Positions 1-9,347 of a stretch of 64,000 bases of DNA are shown piece by piece (within the stretch, counting starts at the first letter, position 1; each line of letters opens with the position of its first letter). Position numbers and translations under genes: made by a program. Source of the stretch: Spirochaetia bacterium (GTDB lineage: Bacteria > Spirochaetota > Spirochaetia > UBA9216); the NCBI GenBank assembly GCA_965140585.1, contig OZ223266.1, forward strand, positions 79,843-143,842, given 5' to 3'. The notes under the pieces were generated by a model. It ran no database searches. It had not been told where the DNA came from and saw only the letters and a list, made by a program, of their open reading frames with translations.

Positions 1-685
1 ATTCTTTTGCAAGCTCAAGTCTTCCGGGTTTTATATCAACGGCTATGATTGTTGTGCATCCCATTACTTTTGCCGCCATTATTGCACTCATTCCCACAGT
101 CCCGGTTCCGAATACCGCAATTGAGTCTCCGGGGGAGGGCTTAAGAGCATTCATTACAGCGCCTGCGCCGGTCATCACTCCGCATCCAAGTGGCCCCATG
201 ATTTCAAGAGGTACATCATTGGGTACTTTGACCACATTTTTTTCAAGAGCAAGGGCATGACTTGCAAAAGATGACTGTCCAAAGAAGTTTCCATGAATGG
301 TTTTTCCGTTTTTACTGAGATAAGTAGAACCGTCGTTTCGTACCCCGCCGAAATTCAGCCTCAGGAAGTCACTGCAGTACGGATCCCTACCTGATTTGCA
401 GGCATCACATACTCCGCAGCTTAACCAGGCTAGTGCCACATGATCACCGGGTTTTACTTTTGAGACTTTTGACCCGATCTTCTCAACTACACCGGAGCCC
501 TCATGTCCAAGCACTCCCGGAAGCGGATAGGGAATATACTGGTTTCTTGCTGAAAGATCTGTATGACAGATTCCGGTTGTTTTAATTTTTACAAGTACTT
601 CATAATCACCGGGGTCTTCCATCTGAACAGTTTCAATGATGAAGTCACTGCCTGCTTCATAGGTAACTGCTGCTTTAATATCCAT
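1..685 (-). CDS. Zn-dependent medium-chain alcohol dehydrogenase, aryl/benzyl-alcohol dehydrogenase-like (3' end runs off the window)
   Basis: Not in the ORF track. Manual translation from ATG at 685: MDIKAAVTYEAG...GICHTD...LGHEGSGVVE...CGVCDACKSGRDPYC...FFGQSSFASH...GPLGCGVMTGAGAV...VFGTGTVGMSA. Shows catalytic and structural Zn ligands and the Rossmann motif; AGGAG SD upstream. Confidence 0.92.
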   Translation of the reverse strand, partial: MDIKAAVTYEAGSDFIIETVQMEDPGDYEVLVKIKTTGICHTDLSARNQYIPYPLPGVLGHEGSGVVEKIGSKVSKVKPGDHVALAWLSCGVCDACKSGRDPYCSDFLRLNFGGVRNDGSTYLSKNGKTIHGNFFGQSSFASHALALEKNVVKVPNDVPLEIMGPLGCGVMTGAGAVMNALKPSPGDSIAVFGTGTVGMSAIMAAKVMGCTTIIAVDIKPGRLELAKE

Positions 686-697
686 TAACTTTCTCCT

Positions 698-1882
698 TTA
701 CTGTGCTGCTGCCGGTTTTTTTCCGGATTTCAGATTTTTTGATATACCCCATGCAAGAGCGGCAAGTCCCATGACCGCGAAGAGTATTGCACCGCTTATA
801 AAGGCAAACTTATTCACATCTTCGCTCATCAGCGCAGATACCGGAGTGATGACATATGGGCATAGGAATGAACCGAGGTTCTGGCCCATTACAACGATTG
901 ACATTGCCAGCGGTACGGCTACAGGACTTACAGAAGTTGATGTGCCCACCATTACGCTTGCGAATACCGTTGTGATTGAACAGCCGTATAAGAGGCTTCC
1001 GATGTAGACAAGCAGAATATTCGGTGAGAAGGCAATGATAAGAAAAGCTGCCGTACCCATGAAAAGGCCGATAGCAAGTGACGCATTCTTTGCTGACTGC
1101 GCTATCTTTCCGTAAAACAAACCCATAAGAAAACCGCCTACAGCAAATATCATTGTTGCCTGGCCGGCCTGTGCTGCTGTCCCGAGCTCATGGGCAGTTA
1201 TGAAGAAGGCCATGTAGGTTGCAAGTATCATTCCGCCTATGAAAAAGATCATCATAGTTACTGCCCAGCCGATTGCCGCAGATGTAAGTTTTGGTTTTTC
1301 TGCCGATGCGGCTGCACCGGATTTAATGGGTTTGATTGCAGGAAGAAATGCTGCAACACAGATAAACGATATTACTGAAATCAGATGAACATAAAAGGTT
1401 ATGTTCCAGCCGGCCATTGCAAGGTATCCGCTTACAAATACCATCACGGCACAACCCAGCATCTGGGCTGATGAAAGATGTCCCATAACAAAAGATCTTT
1501 CATCACCTTCAAAGTTAGCCGCTACAAGTGCTGATGACAGCACCTGAACAGTTCCTATTCCGATTCCGAGAACAGCCCTTAATATTAGAATCGCTGAGAA
1601 TGAATTCAGGAATGCCGGGATTGTACCTCCGGCCAGAAAACACAGTATACCGAAGAGCACCAGTGTTTTCATTGAAATATATTCCTGAAGCTTACCGATA
1701 ATCGGATTAACAATAATTATTACAATACAAGGAAGTGTTATAAGCAGCTGAATGGAGGTCTGACTGATTCCGCTGAAATGTTTTCCAATTTCCGAAAGCC
1801 CGCTTGCTATTCCCATTACACCCATCATGAGAATCGCAAAACTGAAAATTGCGATTTTTACCTTTGTTTTAGAAGTCTCCAT
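698..1882 (-). CDS. MFS transporter
   Basis: 394 aa, about 12 hydrophobic segments, motif ILRAVLGIGIG, co-oriented with the dehydrogenase. Confidence 0.88.
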   Translation of the reverse strand: METSKTKVKIAIFSFAILMMGVMGIASGLSEIGKHFSGISQTSIQLLITLPCIVIIIVNPIIGKLQEYISMKTLVLFGILCFLAGGTIPAFLNSFSAILILRAVLGIGIGTVQVLSSALVAANFEGDERSFVMGHLSSAQMLGCAVMVFVSGYLAMAGWNITFYVHLISVISFICVAAFLPAIKPIKSGAAASAEKPKLTSAAIGWAVTMMIFFIGGMILATYMAFFITAHELGTAAQAGQATMIFAVGGFLMGLFYGKIAQSAKNASLAIGLFMGTAAFLIIAFSPNILLVYIGSLLYGCSITTVFASVMVGTSTSVSPVAVPLAMSIVVMGQNLGSFLCPYVITPVSALMSEDVNKFAFISGAILFAVMGLAALAWGISKNLKSGKKPAAAQ

Positions 1883-1974
1883 ATAATTCCTTCTGAAAAT
1901 GAGATTTAAAGGCCTTTATGAGGATATTCTAAATGGTAAAATTCTGGTTGAGTATTATACGAAAGTAGAATTTT

Positions 1975-3090
1975 TCAGGAGTTATGGCCGGACAGTATCT
2001 TCTGAATCAGGGAGGCACGGTTGCTTACCTCCATCTTGTTGAAGATATTCTGAAGGTGCTTTTTTACAGTAACTTCGCTGATAAACAGTTCTTTTGCGAT
2101 TTGTGAATTGCTCAGGCCTTTGATAACCTGATTAACTACTTCAGTTTCACGTGTGCTTAGTCTGTAGGATTCTGAAATACTTATGTTATCCTGTGCTGCA
2201 AGCTTCGCTGTCTCATTGAAGTTGATCAGTATAAAATCTCCCCTTTTCTGTAGATCATTATTTTCAATAAAATCCGAGCGGACAGAAAAGGTGGAAGTCC
2301 CGTTTTTAAAAATTCTCTTTCTGGGCAGAATCAGATCAGGATTATGTTTGACGCTTAGTTCATCAAGCATTTCAGAGTAATCCCTGACTACCTGCGGATG
2401 AATGTCGTTAAAACCCTTTATCTCAAAGGAATCTGTCCGAAGCCGTTTGCAGAGCTGCATCGCCCTGCTGTTCATGTGAATAAGCCTTTTGGATGAATCA
2501 AGCAGCATCAGCCCGCTGTTCAGATTATCTTCAATCATCCGTAAAAGGCTGTTGTTGTTTTCCATTTCTGCTTTCATTCTATTCATTTCAACAGCCTGGA
2601 TCATAAAGGGTGTTATTTCTTTTGCGGTAGTGATTTCTTCTTCTGTGAAATTACCGCTTTCCTTTGATTTTGTGAGCAGAATTTTCCCGAGTAGTTCCTT
2701 GCCGGATTTTAATGAAACAATCAGCTTGTAATGTATTTTCTGCGGAGAAAGGAAGTCCGAATAATACTCACTGCGTTCACAGCCTGAGTAATCAACATTT
2801 TCCACTAATTCGATATCGATTAAGTTATGTTTCTGCAGTCCCATCAAATCAAGAGGGTCAAAACGGTGGTAATAGCTTTTATAGTCTTTGTTGTACTGCT
2901 CATCCATATTGGCTTTCAGTACATCGGTGAAATGTTCGCTGTCTTCCTTCTGGAAATAGATGGAACTCTCGCCCCCGAAGTTTTTATTGTACAGATCCAG
3001 GATTTTCTGATTCACACAGCCGCTGTTGTTTGATATTTTAGCGGTATCTATAACATCGAGAATATCTTTTAGAGGGAGGCTTTCGGTCAT
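1975..3090 (-). CDS. LuxR-family HTH regulator with N-terminal GAF/PAS-like sensor region
   Basis: C-terminal LSTRETEVVNQVIKGLSNSQIAKELFISEVTVKKHLQNIFNKMEVSNRASL. Start reassigned to ATG 3090 (AGGA SD upstream). Confidence 0.88.
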   Translation of the reverse strand: MTESLPLKDILDVIDTAKISNNSGCVNQKILDLYNKNFGGESSIYFQKEDSEHFTDVLKANMDEQYNKDYKSYYHRFDPLDLMGLQKHNLIDIELVENVDYSGCERSEYYSDFLSPQKIHYKLIVSLKSGKELLGKILLTKSKESGNFTEEEITTAKEITPFMIQAVEMNRMKAEMENNNSLLRMIEDNLNSGLMLLDSSKRLIHMNSRAMQLCKRLRTDSFEIKGFNDIHPQVVRDYSEMLDELSVKHNPDLILPRKRIFKNGTSTFSVRSDFIENNDLQKRGDFILINFNETAKLAAQDNISISESYRLSTRETEVVNQVIKGLSNSQIAKELFISEVTVKKHLQNIFNKMEVSNRASLIQKILSGHNS

Positions 3091-3203
3091 TTGACTATTC
3101 CTGCTCCAGTTAAATTTCAGAATCAGGCAAGATGTCAGTATCTCAGAATATAATGGGCATGATCCGCTGTCAAGCTTTTTATCGAATGTATTCGATTGGC
3201 GGT

Positions 3204-3240
3204 CCATCCTGTATCGTCGGATGGCGACGATACAGGATGG
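3204..3240 (-). terminator. Perfect 16-bp inverted repeat downstream of the MCP, probable terminator or stabilising hairpin
   Basis: CCATCCTGTATCGTCG-GATGG-CGACGATACAGGATGG; no clear U-tract. Confidence 0.6.
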
Positions 3241-3273
3241 ATTTAATATTTATCACCTAAAGAATTCAGAGAC

Positions 3274-5226
3274 TTAAAATTCTTCGAAAAGCATGTCTGT
3301 GTCATCTTCATTTATCTGATTAACCTTTTTCACAGGTGTGATTTTTACGGGGACTGCCAGTCTTGCTGTTTGATTATCCTTCTGCCCTGCAGTGTTATCA
3401 TTTAATGATTTATCAACTTCTGGCGATTTCTTCCCCGCTGCATTATTTCTAATTTTAAAGAATGATATTAGTTTCCCAAGGTTTTCAGCCTGAGTATACA
3501 GTTCTTCGGCCATAGCAAGAGACTCTTCCGCTGAGGCTGCATTAGACTGAATAACCTGGTCCAGCTGCATTATGACAGTACTTATCTGCTGTGCTCCTGT
3601 TGACTGCTCAAGACTGGTGGCTGATATTTCCTGGACAAGATCGGCGGTCTTTCTTATATTTGGAATCATTTCAGAAATTACTGCTCCTGCATGTTCAGCC
3701 TTCTTAACACTTTCATTTGCTATTTCAAATATCTCTGTTGAGGCCTTCTGGCTGTTGGCCGCAAGTTTGCCAACTTCGGCAGCTACAACGGCAAAACCTT
3801 TTCCATATTCTCCCGCCCTGGCAGCTTCTATTGCCGCGTTAAGAGAGAGCAGGTTTGTCTGTCTTGCTATTTCATCAATTACTTTTATTTTCTCAGCAAT
3901 ATTTCTCATCGCCTCAACTGTTTCGCTTACAGCCAAACCTCCGGCATCCGCATCTTCAGCGGCCTGAGCTCCAATTCTTTCAGTCTGATATGCATTGTCT
4001 TTGTTCTGGTCGATTGAACTGCTGATTTCCTCAATCGATGATGAGACTTCTTCTGATATTGATGCCTGCTCGGTGGCTCCCTGTGACAGCTGTTCTGATG
4101 TAGACGTCAGCTGTGAGCTTCCCCTTGATACAATTTCAGATGCTTCCATTACTTCTAGAACTATTTCATTGAGCTTTTTTATCAGGTCATTAAAAGAGCC
4201 GGCAAGCTCTCCTGTTTCATCCTTCCTTTTAAGCATACGTTCGTCAAAATCAATTTTAAGATCACCTTCTGAAAGAAGATTTGCATATCCTGCCGTAATC
4301 CGTATCGGTGAGACTATCGAACGTGAAATTAGAAAAATAACTATAAATCCGATTACAAAACAGAACGCGGTTATTATTATACTGAGCCGGAGAAGTTTTG
4401 TTATCACACTGAATATATCTGCATCTTCCGCAGTTACTCCGATTATCCAGCCTGATTCTGCGCTCTCCTTATAAATATTGGTCTTACTTTCTCCCTTGAA
4501 TTTTTAATGTATAGTCCCTGTCTTATTGCTGACGATCTCTCTGCCGAAATCATATGTTTTAAGATCAAATTTGAGCAGCTGTGTTTTATCGGGATATCCA
4601 ATCATTATACCGTCAGAATCGCTTAAGAAGGCATATCCTGTAGACCCTATTTTGACTGAATCAAGGTAGTTGGTATTGAAGTATGTCTGATCAATTACTG
4701 CAAAGAATACTGCAGTTATTTTTCCATCGATTATGATGGGGGTTGCCGTACCGAAAACCGGATTTTCTGTAACCTTGCTCATAATGACTGCCCCTGCAGC
4801 TGTCTTTCCCTGCATAGCGAGTTTAAAATAATCCCTGTCAGCAATCGAAACTTTGTTTATAAGAGCCTCATTGTCACTGGCAATAATCATTCCGCTGATG
4901 TCTGCAATCCCCAGGCTTTCATACTCCTCTCTTCCTTTTTTAATCTTATTCAGTTCTAAAACAGCACGGCTGAACAATTCATCTGTTCTGCCCTCTATGA
5001 ATTCTGTAAATATTGTGTTTGTACTGAAAATGGACACATCATTTTTTGATTTAACATAGTATGAATCCAGATCCCGCAGAAGCATATCTGCAACCTGATT
5101 CATTTCACTCTCAATAATACGCCTGATTTCACCCTTGAAATTTGAGTATAGAATTAATGAGATGGCGGACATGCCTATAATCAGAATAAGACTGGTAGGA
5201 ATTAGTATCTTTTCTTTGAGTTTCAT
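3274..5226 (-). pseudogene. Methyl-accepting chemotaxis protein (dCache-HAMP-MA) interrupted by an in-frame TAA at 4504-4506
   Basis: ORFs 4504..5226 (TM plus Cache, ADRDYF) and 3274..4407 ([36 protein letters not shown]) are in the same frame. Reading through gives [28 protein letters not shown]. Confidence 0.85.
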
Positions 5227-5523
5227 CTTTATATTCTCCCTGTTGAAAATCTGTTGTAAAAAGTAATGCTTGACTGTTGCTAAACATCAGCGAGACTTTA
5301 ATCACTTTTGATAGCTATGGTAAATTCTATGATTTAGTTTCGGGAAAGCAAGAAAAAATTATTTTTTCCAAGTTTTGTGTTTAATTATAATATCAGAAAG
5401 ATAGTCTGTACGATGCATATCTATTGTGCAATTCCACATGAAACATGCTTTTATAGCCATTGATGACTCAATAATTTCTCATAGATTAATACTCCGGCTT
5501 GATAACAGTCTCTTTTTATGAGA

Positions 5524-5675
5524 TTATACACTGTACATTTCAATGGAAGCGAGGTGTAAATCCTCCGCGGACCCGCCACTGTAATTGGCATTAGTCCCGT
5601 CTATACCACTGTGCGCAAGCATGGGAAGGTTCGGGATATCCGGATATGCCATAAGTCAGGAAACATTGGTGTAAC
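5524..5675 (+). ncRNA. Cobalamin (AdoCbl, class I-like) riboswitch aptamer
   Basis: GGAAgcGAGGTGtaaATCCTC, CCCGCCACTGTAA, TGGCAT/ATGCCA stem, CCACTG-TGC-GCAA-GCA-TGGGAAGG and B12-box AAGTCAGGAAAC; lies upstream of the btu/cbiZ operon. Confidence 0.93.
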
Positions 5676-5692
5676 ACCCAACTTTATTATTT

Positions 5693-5778
5693 GGCTTCGA
5701 GGACTGAGCCGGATTTACCTGATACTATTTTTCGTATAACTAGTAAGGTATTCTCCGCTTTTCCTTTGAAAAGGAGAA
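5693..5778 (+). promoter_or_regulatory. Riboswitch expression platform: P13-like hairpin and an SD-sequestering hairpin
   Basis: GGCTTC-GAGGACT-GAGCC (5693-5710). TTCTCcgCTTTTC-cttt-GAAAAGGAGAA (5751-5778) pairs the AAGGAG SD of ATG 5783. Confidence 0.75.
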
Positions 5779-5782
5779 ACAA

Positions 5783-6298
5783 ATGAAACAGAAAAAACTA
5801 TTTAAGACACTAGCAATGCTGCTTGCCCTTTCCGTGATCATTCTTTCATCAACCGGGTGCAGCGATGTCCTGGGCTTTTTAACCGAACCTTCCCTGATAG
5901 GGGAATGGGATGCCGGTTATGGCACTACCTGGACTTTCAGCTCTGATTCTACTTTTGCCGAGGATGATTCCAGTGCCTTCGACTGGGATTACAGCGGCGA
6001 TATCGTCAAGTACAGCAATATCACATACAATGATGAATCTGAGAATCCGGATGATGCGGATAATTACGGGTACCTCCTGATTAAGTATACAGCTCACTTA
6101 GAATCCTCTTATGTGGATACTTACTCGGTTATCCGATGGTATAACCTGCAGACCGTAGATGGAGTAACAACTGTACAGTACTCTGAAGGGTTTAAGTTCG
6201 GTGCAGATAAAATAACCGATCCTGATGAAGCTCTTGCAACTATTACAGAAGCGAATGGGTACTTCAGTATTTTCTCTACCCTGACTCTTTCAGAGTAA
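5783..6298 (+). CDS. Lipoprotein of unknown family, first gene of the B12 operon (lipocalin-like beta-barrel suspected)
   Basis: Signal MKQKK...IILSSTG-C; LIGEW motif; rich in aromatic and acidic residues. Confidence 0.75.
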   Translation: MKQKKLFKTLAMLLALSVIILSSTGCSDVLGFLTEPSLIGEWDAGYGTTWTFSSDSTFAEDDSSAFDWDYSGDIVKYSNITYNDESENPDDADNYGYLLIKYTAHLESSYVDTYSVIRWYNLQTVDGVTTVQYSEGFKFGADKITDPDEALATITEANGYFSIFSTLTLSE

Positions 6299-6310
6299 CG
6301 GGTTCTGATT

Positions 6311-7336
6311 ATGCCGGTAACAAAAAAACAATTTTTTAATTTTTTCCGCTTTATTGTTCCGGTTTTCTTGCTTGTATTTACTTCAGGATGCGGGGGCTAT
6401 CCGGATGGTCCTTACAGCCCTGATACAGATGATGCAGCATCAGGTCCCTGGGAAGAGGTTCTGGCAGGTGATTCCGGGTATCCGGACAATGTTTATCTGA
6501 CCGCGGTGCTTGACTGGGAATTCGGACAGGTAGGGGAAGTCAGAGTCTCCGATTCTCCTGATTATTACAATTCAGAAAGGTATCCGCTTGACAGCACTGC
6601 GGAAGGAGCCTGCGGCCCTCCTGAGGGTTCTGTAGCCGTTTGGAGTTCAAAAGCTGATATGACAGTTCTTGGTGAAGGCGGCTGGGGAATTTGGCAGTTT
6701 GATGCCGACTGGGTTATTGTTGACGGCGAGGGAGATGATTTTGTGACATTCTCAAATCACAACCTTCTAAGCGGTGTCGCCGACGGTTCATGGAATGAGC
6801 TTGCATATGTATGGGTTGCTGAAACTTACGATCCTGATAATCCGGAAGGTACTGTCTGGTATAAAAGTTCGGCTGAAACATATGTTGTTAATACTTCTCC
6901 CGGAACAATAAATGATAACTACGACTGGTCTGAGGTTTCAGGTCTGCATGGAAACAATCACACCTGGGCAAATTTCAGAGATGAGATAGAGGCTGAAGAG
7001 CTTGATTCCAATGAGCGCTATCAGGAGGTAACTGATTCTGAAGGGAATCAGGTATATGTATCACGTTACTTCAGTCCGAATCCGGATGATCCCGGGTATG
7101 AGTCTTATCCATATATAGGCGGTGATTATTTTGATCTGGCTGATTTTTATACTGTCAATGAGTCAAACTCGTCATGGCCTGATGGTGAATCTTCCTGGCC
7201 GTCCAATGGTAAAATGCGGTACATTCGTTTTGAAGATGCTCCCGAGGCCCTAGACGGTCAGGACTGTAGGCCAGTCTGGATGACAGGTGCCAGGATAATG
7301 GCGGCAATGGGGATTAATGTTGAAGAAGCTCCCTGA
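6311..7336 (+). CDS. Acidic surface lipoprotein, BtuH-like / cell-surface-protein domain, putative cobamide binder
   Basis: Lipobox FTSG-C; motifs VDGEGDDFVTFSN, ELAYVWV, GGDYFDLADF, RYIRFED; operon context. Confidence 0.6.
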   Translation: MPVTKKQFFNFFRFIVPVFLLVFTSGCGGYPDGPYSPDTDDAASGPWEEVLAGDSGYPDNVYLTAVLDWEFGQVGEVRVSDSPDYYNSERYPLDSTAEGACGPPEGSVAVWSSKADMTVLGEGGWGIWQFDADWVIVDGEGDDFVTFSNHNLLSGVADGSWNELAYVWVAETYDPDNPEGTVWYKSSAETYVVNTSPGTINDNYDWSEVSGLHGNNHTWANFRDEIEAEELDSNERYQEVTDSEGNQVYVSRYFSPNPDDPGYESYPYIGGDYFDLADFYTVNESNSSWPDGESSWPSNGKMRYIRFEDAPEALDGQDCRPVWMTGARIMAAMGINVEEAP

Positions 7337-9347
7337 TTTTATTTTTATTCTGATCCTTTTCACCTTATCGCTATCTCATCTGTTCGCCCAGGATGATCAA
7401 GCCATTGGATACGAAATATCCGCTGATGATACCTATACATATGAGGGTGAGGTCGTCATTGAAGACAGCGCTGTCGACGAGGAAAAGCTCATTACTCCAG
7501 GTCAGGTTTCTGTAATTGACCGCGAAGACATTGAAACAAGCGGAGCCCGAACTGTTGCCGAGGCTGTTGAGCAGGTGCCGGGAGTTGTAATTGCCAAACA
7601 GGGCGGGGTGCTTGAACCGGTTAAGATAAGCATCAGGGGCAGCACCGACGCACAGGTACTTATCCTTATTGATGGCAAACCCTCAGCTTCGGTCTGGAGC
7701 GGTGCCTCCGACCTCGGCGGAATCCGGCTTGAAAATGTCGAACGCATTGAAGTGATACGCGGAGCCGGAGCAGCTATGTACGGCGACGGTGCATTCAGCG
7801 GAGTAATCAACATAATCACCAGAGAGCCTGAAAAAAAGCATTTAACAGCTGAGGCTTCTTACGGCTACGGTGCCTGGAATACGCATCTGCTTAATGCCTT
7901 AATATCCGGCCCTTTGTTCGGCGAAAGCGGTTTCGATGTATCCATATCCGGCGGCGGATTGTATACCGGCGGAAACTATGAATACAGTTCGCAGGAAGGC
8001 AGTTTAGTACGTGAGAATAACAGCGGCTGGAGCGCCGGAGGATCCGGAGTTTTTAACTGGGTAGAACCTGAAGAGTCTATGATTTCAGTCTCTGCCGATA
8101 CAGTATTTGACTATACGAACCGCGGAGTTCCGGGAATCTCAGAGTTCCTGACGCCTGAAGCAGAAATTACAGAGCGCACTGCCGGTATCTCACTTAATGG
8201 AACTCTGGACACCGAAGCTTCCGGGGCTTTTTTCATTTCTGCATCCCTTGATAATCTGTACAGCAACTATATCAATCCTGAAGATGATGTAAATAACATC
8301 AACGACAATACTTCGATAGCCTCTGAATTCTCCTGGCAGATTTTTCAGGAAACAGGAGCACTTCTTCTGGATTATAAGGCAGGCCTGAAATATTCATTCG
8401 ATTACCTGTATTCGAACGCCCTCTCCGACAGTACACTCTCTGCAGTTGACGGTAATGCCTCGCAGCACTCGGGCAGCAGCTGGCTTAATCTAACCGCTGA
8501 ATACGGCAGTTTCGATCTGATTCCTGCGGTTCGATATGATTTTGATTACAGCACGTATGCAGGATACGGCGATATCTTCAACAATTTCTTCTCATGGTCT
8601 GCGGCAGCCGGATATTCGCCATTCAGGACTGAAACCGCTGAAGGTCCGCTTTATCTAAAACTGAATGCTGGTACCGGATACAACAGTCCGTCTTTCCGTG
8701 ATCTTTTCTGGCCCTCCGGCTCATTCGCTTCCGGTAATCCCGATCTGGAACCCGAAACAAGCTTCAGCTGGGATGCGGGACTGTATCTTAATCTGGATGA
8801 ATCAGGATTAAGTCTTGAAGCTGTATTCTTTCATTCCGATCTTGAGAACCTTATACAGTGGATGCCGTCCGCGGGCGGTATCTGGCGTCCCCGTAATATC
8901 GGGCTTGCAGAAAATTACGGAATAGAGACCTCTGCGTCATGGCTGTACGAACCAGTTATCATTCCGATCCTTTTTGATCTGACTGCAGCCTACAGCTGGC
9001 TGAACTGTGTAGATGCAGATGAGACCTCGGTAAATCTCGGTAAACAGCTTGCCTACCGGCCCGGGCATACAGCCGATATTTCACTGCGCCTGACTGATGA
9101 ATTCGATGATACTCTCGAGATCGGCGGATCATTTATCAGCTACAGGTATACGAATAATTCAAACACAAAGGCTCTTGATGCAGCCTTTATCCTGTCGGCA
9201 GCCCTGAATGTTAATATCGGAGAGAGTTTCAGGCTTTCGGCAATTGCGGACAACATTACAAATATCGAATATATCGACCGGCTCGGCTATCCCGTGCCCG
9301 GATTTGAATGGACCATAAAGGGTAAATACTACTATGAAAATAAATAG
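7317..9347 (+). CDS. btuB: TonB-dependent receptor, BtuB-like cobalamin receptor
   Basis: Plug motifs VSVIDREDIETSGARTVAEAVEQVPGV, ISIRGS, VLILIDGKP, ERIEVIRGAGAAMYGDGAFSGVINIIT; barrel motif GNPDLEPETS; riboswitch context. Confidence 0.9.
   Translation: MLKKLPDFIFILILFTLSLSHLFAQDDQAIGYEISADDTYTYEGEVVIEDSAVDEEKLITPGQVSVIDREDIETSGARTVAEAVEQVPGVVIAKQGGVLEPVKISIRGSTDAQVLILIDGKPSASVWSGASDLGGIRLENVERIEVIRGAGAAMYGDGAFSGVINIITREPEKKHLTAEASYGYGAWNTHLLNALISGPLFGESGFDVSISGGGLYTGGNYEYSSQEGSLVRENNSGWSAGGSGVFNWVEPEESMISVSADTVFDYTNRGVPGISEFLTPEAEITERTAGISLNGTLDTEASGAFFISASLDNLYSNYINPEDDVNNINDNTSIASEFSWQIFQETGALLLDYKAGLKYSFDYLYSNALSDSTLSAVDGNASQHSGSSWLNLTAEYGSFDLIPAVRYDFDYSTYAGYGDIFNNFFSWSAAAGYSPFRTETAEGPLYLKLNAGTGYNSPSFRDLFWPSGSFASGNPDLEPETSFSWDAGLYLNLDESGLSLEAVFFHSDLENLIQWMPSAGGIWRPRNIGLAENYGIETSASWLYEPVIIPILFDLTAAYSWLNCVDADETSVNLGKQLAYRPGHTADISLRLTDEFDDTLEIGGSFISYRYTNNSNTKALDAAFILSAALNVNIGESFRLSAIADNITNIEYIDRLGYPVPGFEWTIKGKYYYENK

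Noticed and set aside
3204-3240. MITE or REP element from the perfect 16-bp inverted repeat
   Set aside because: Single copy in the window, no target duplication seen, and its position fits a terminator
4504-4506. Stop-codon recoding (Sec, Pyl or alternative code) in the MCP
   Set aside because: The codon is TAA, which terminates many intact genes in this window, and no recoding signal is visible
5227-5460. c-di-GMP riboswitch or sigma28 promoter upstream of the first MCP
   Set aside because: No GEMM-type motifs; only a weak CCGAAA without a properly spaced TAAA
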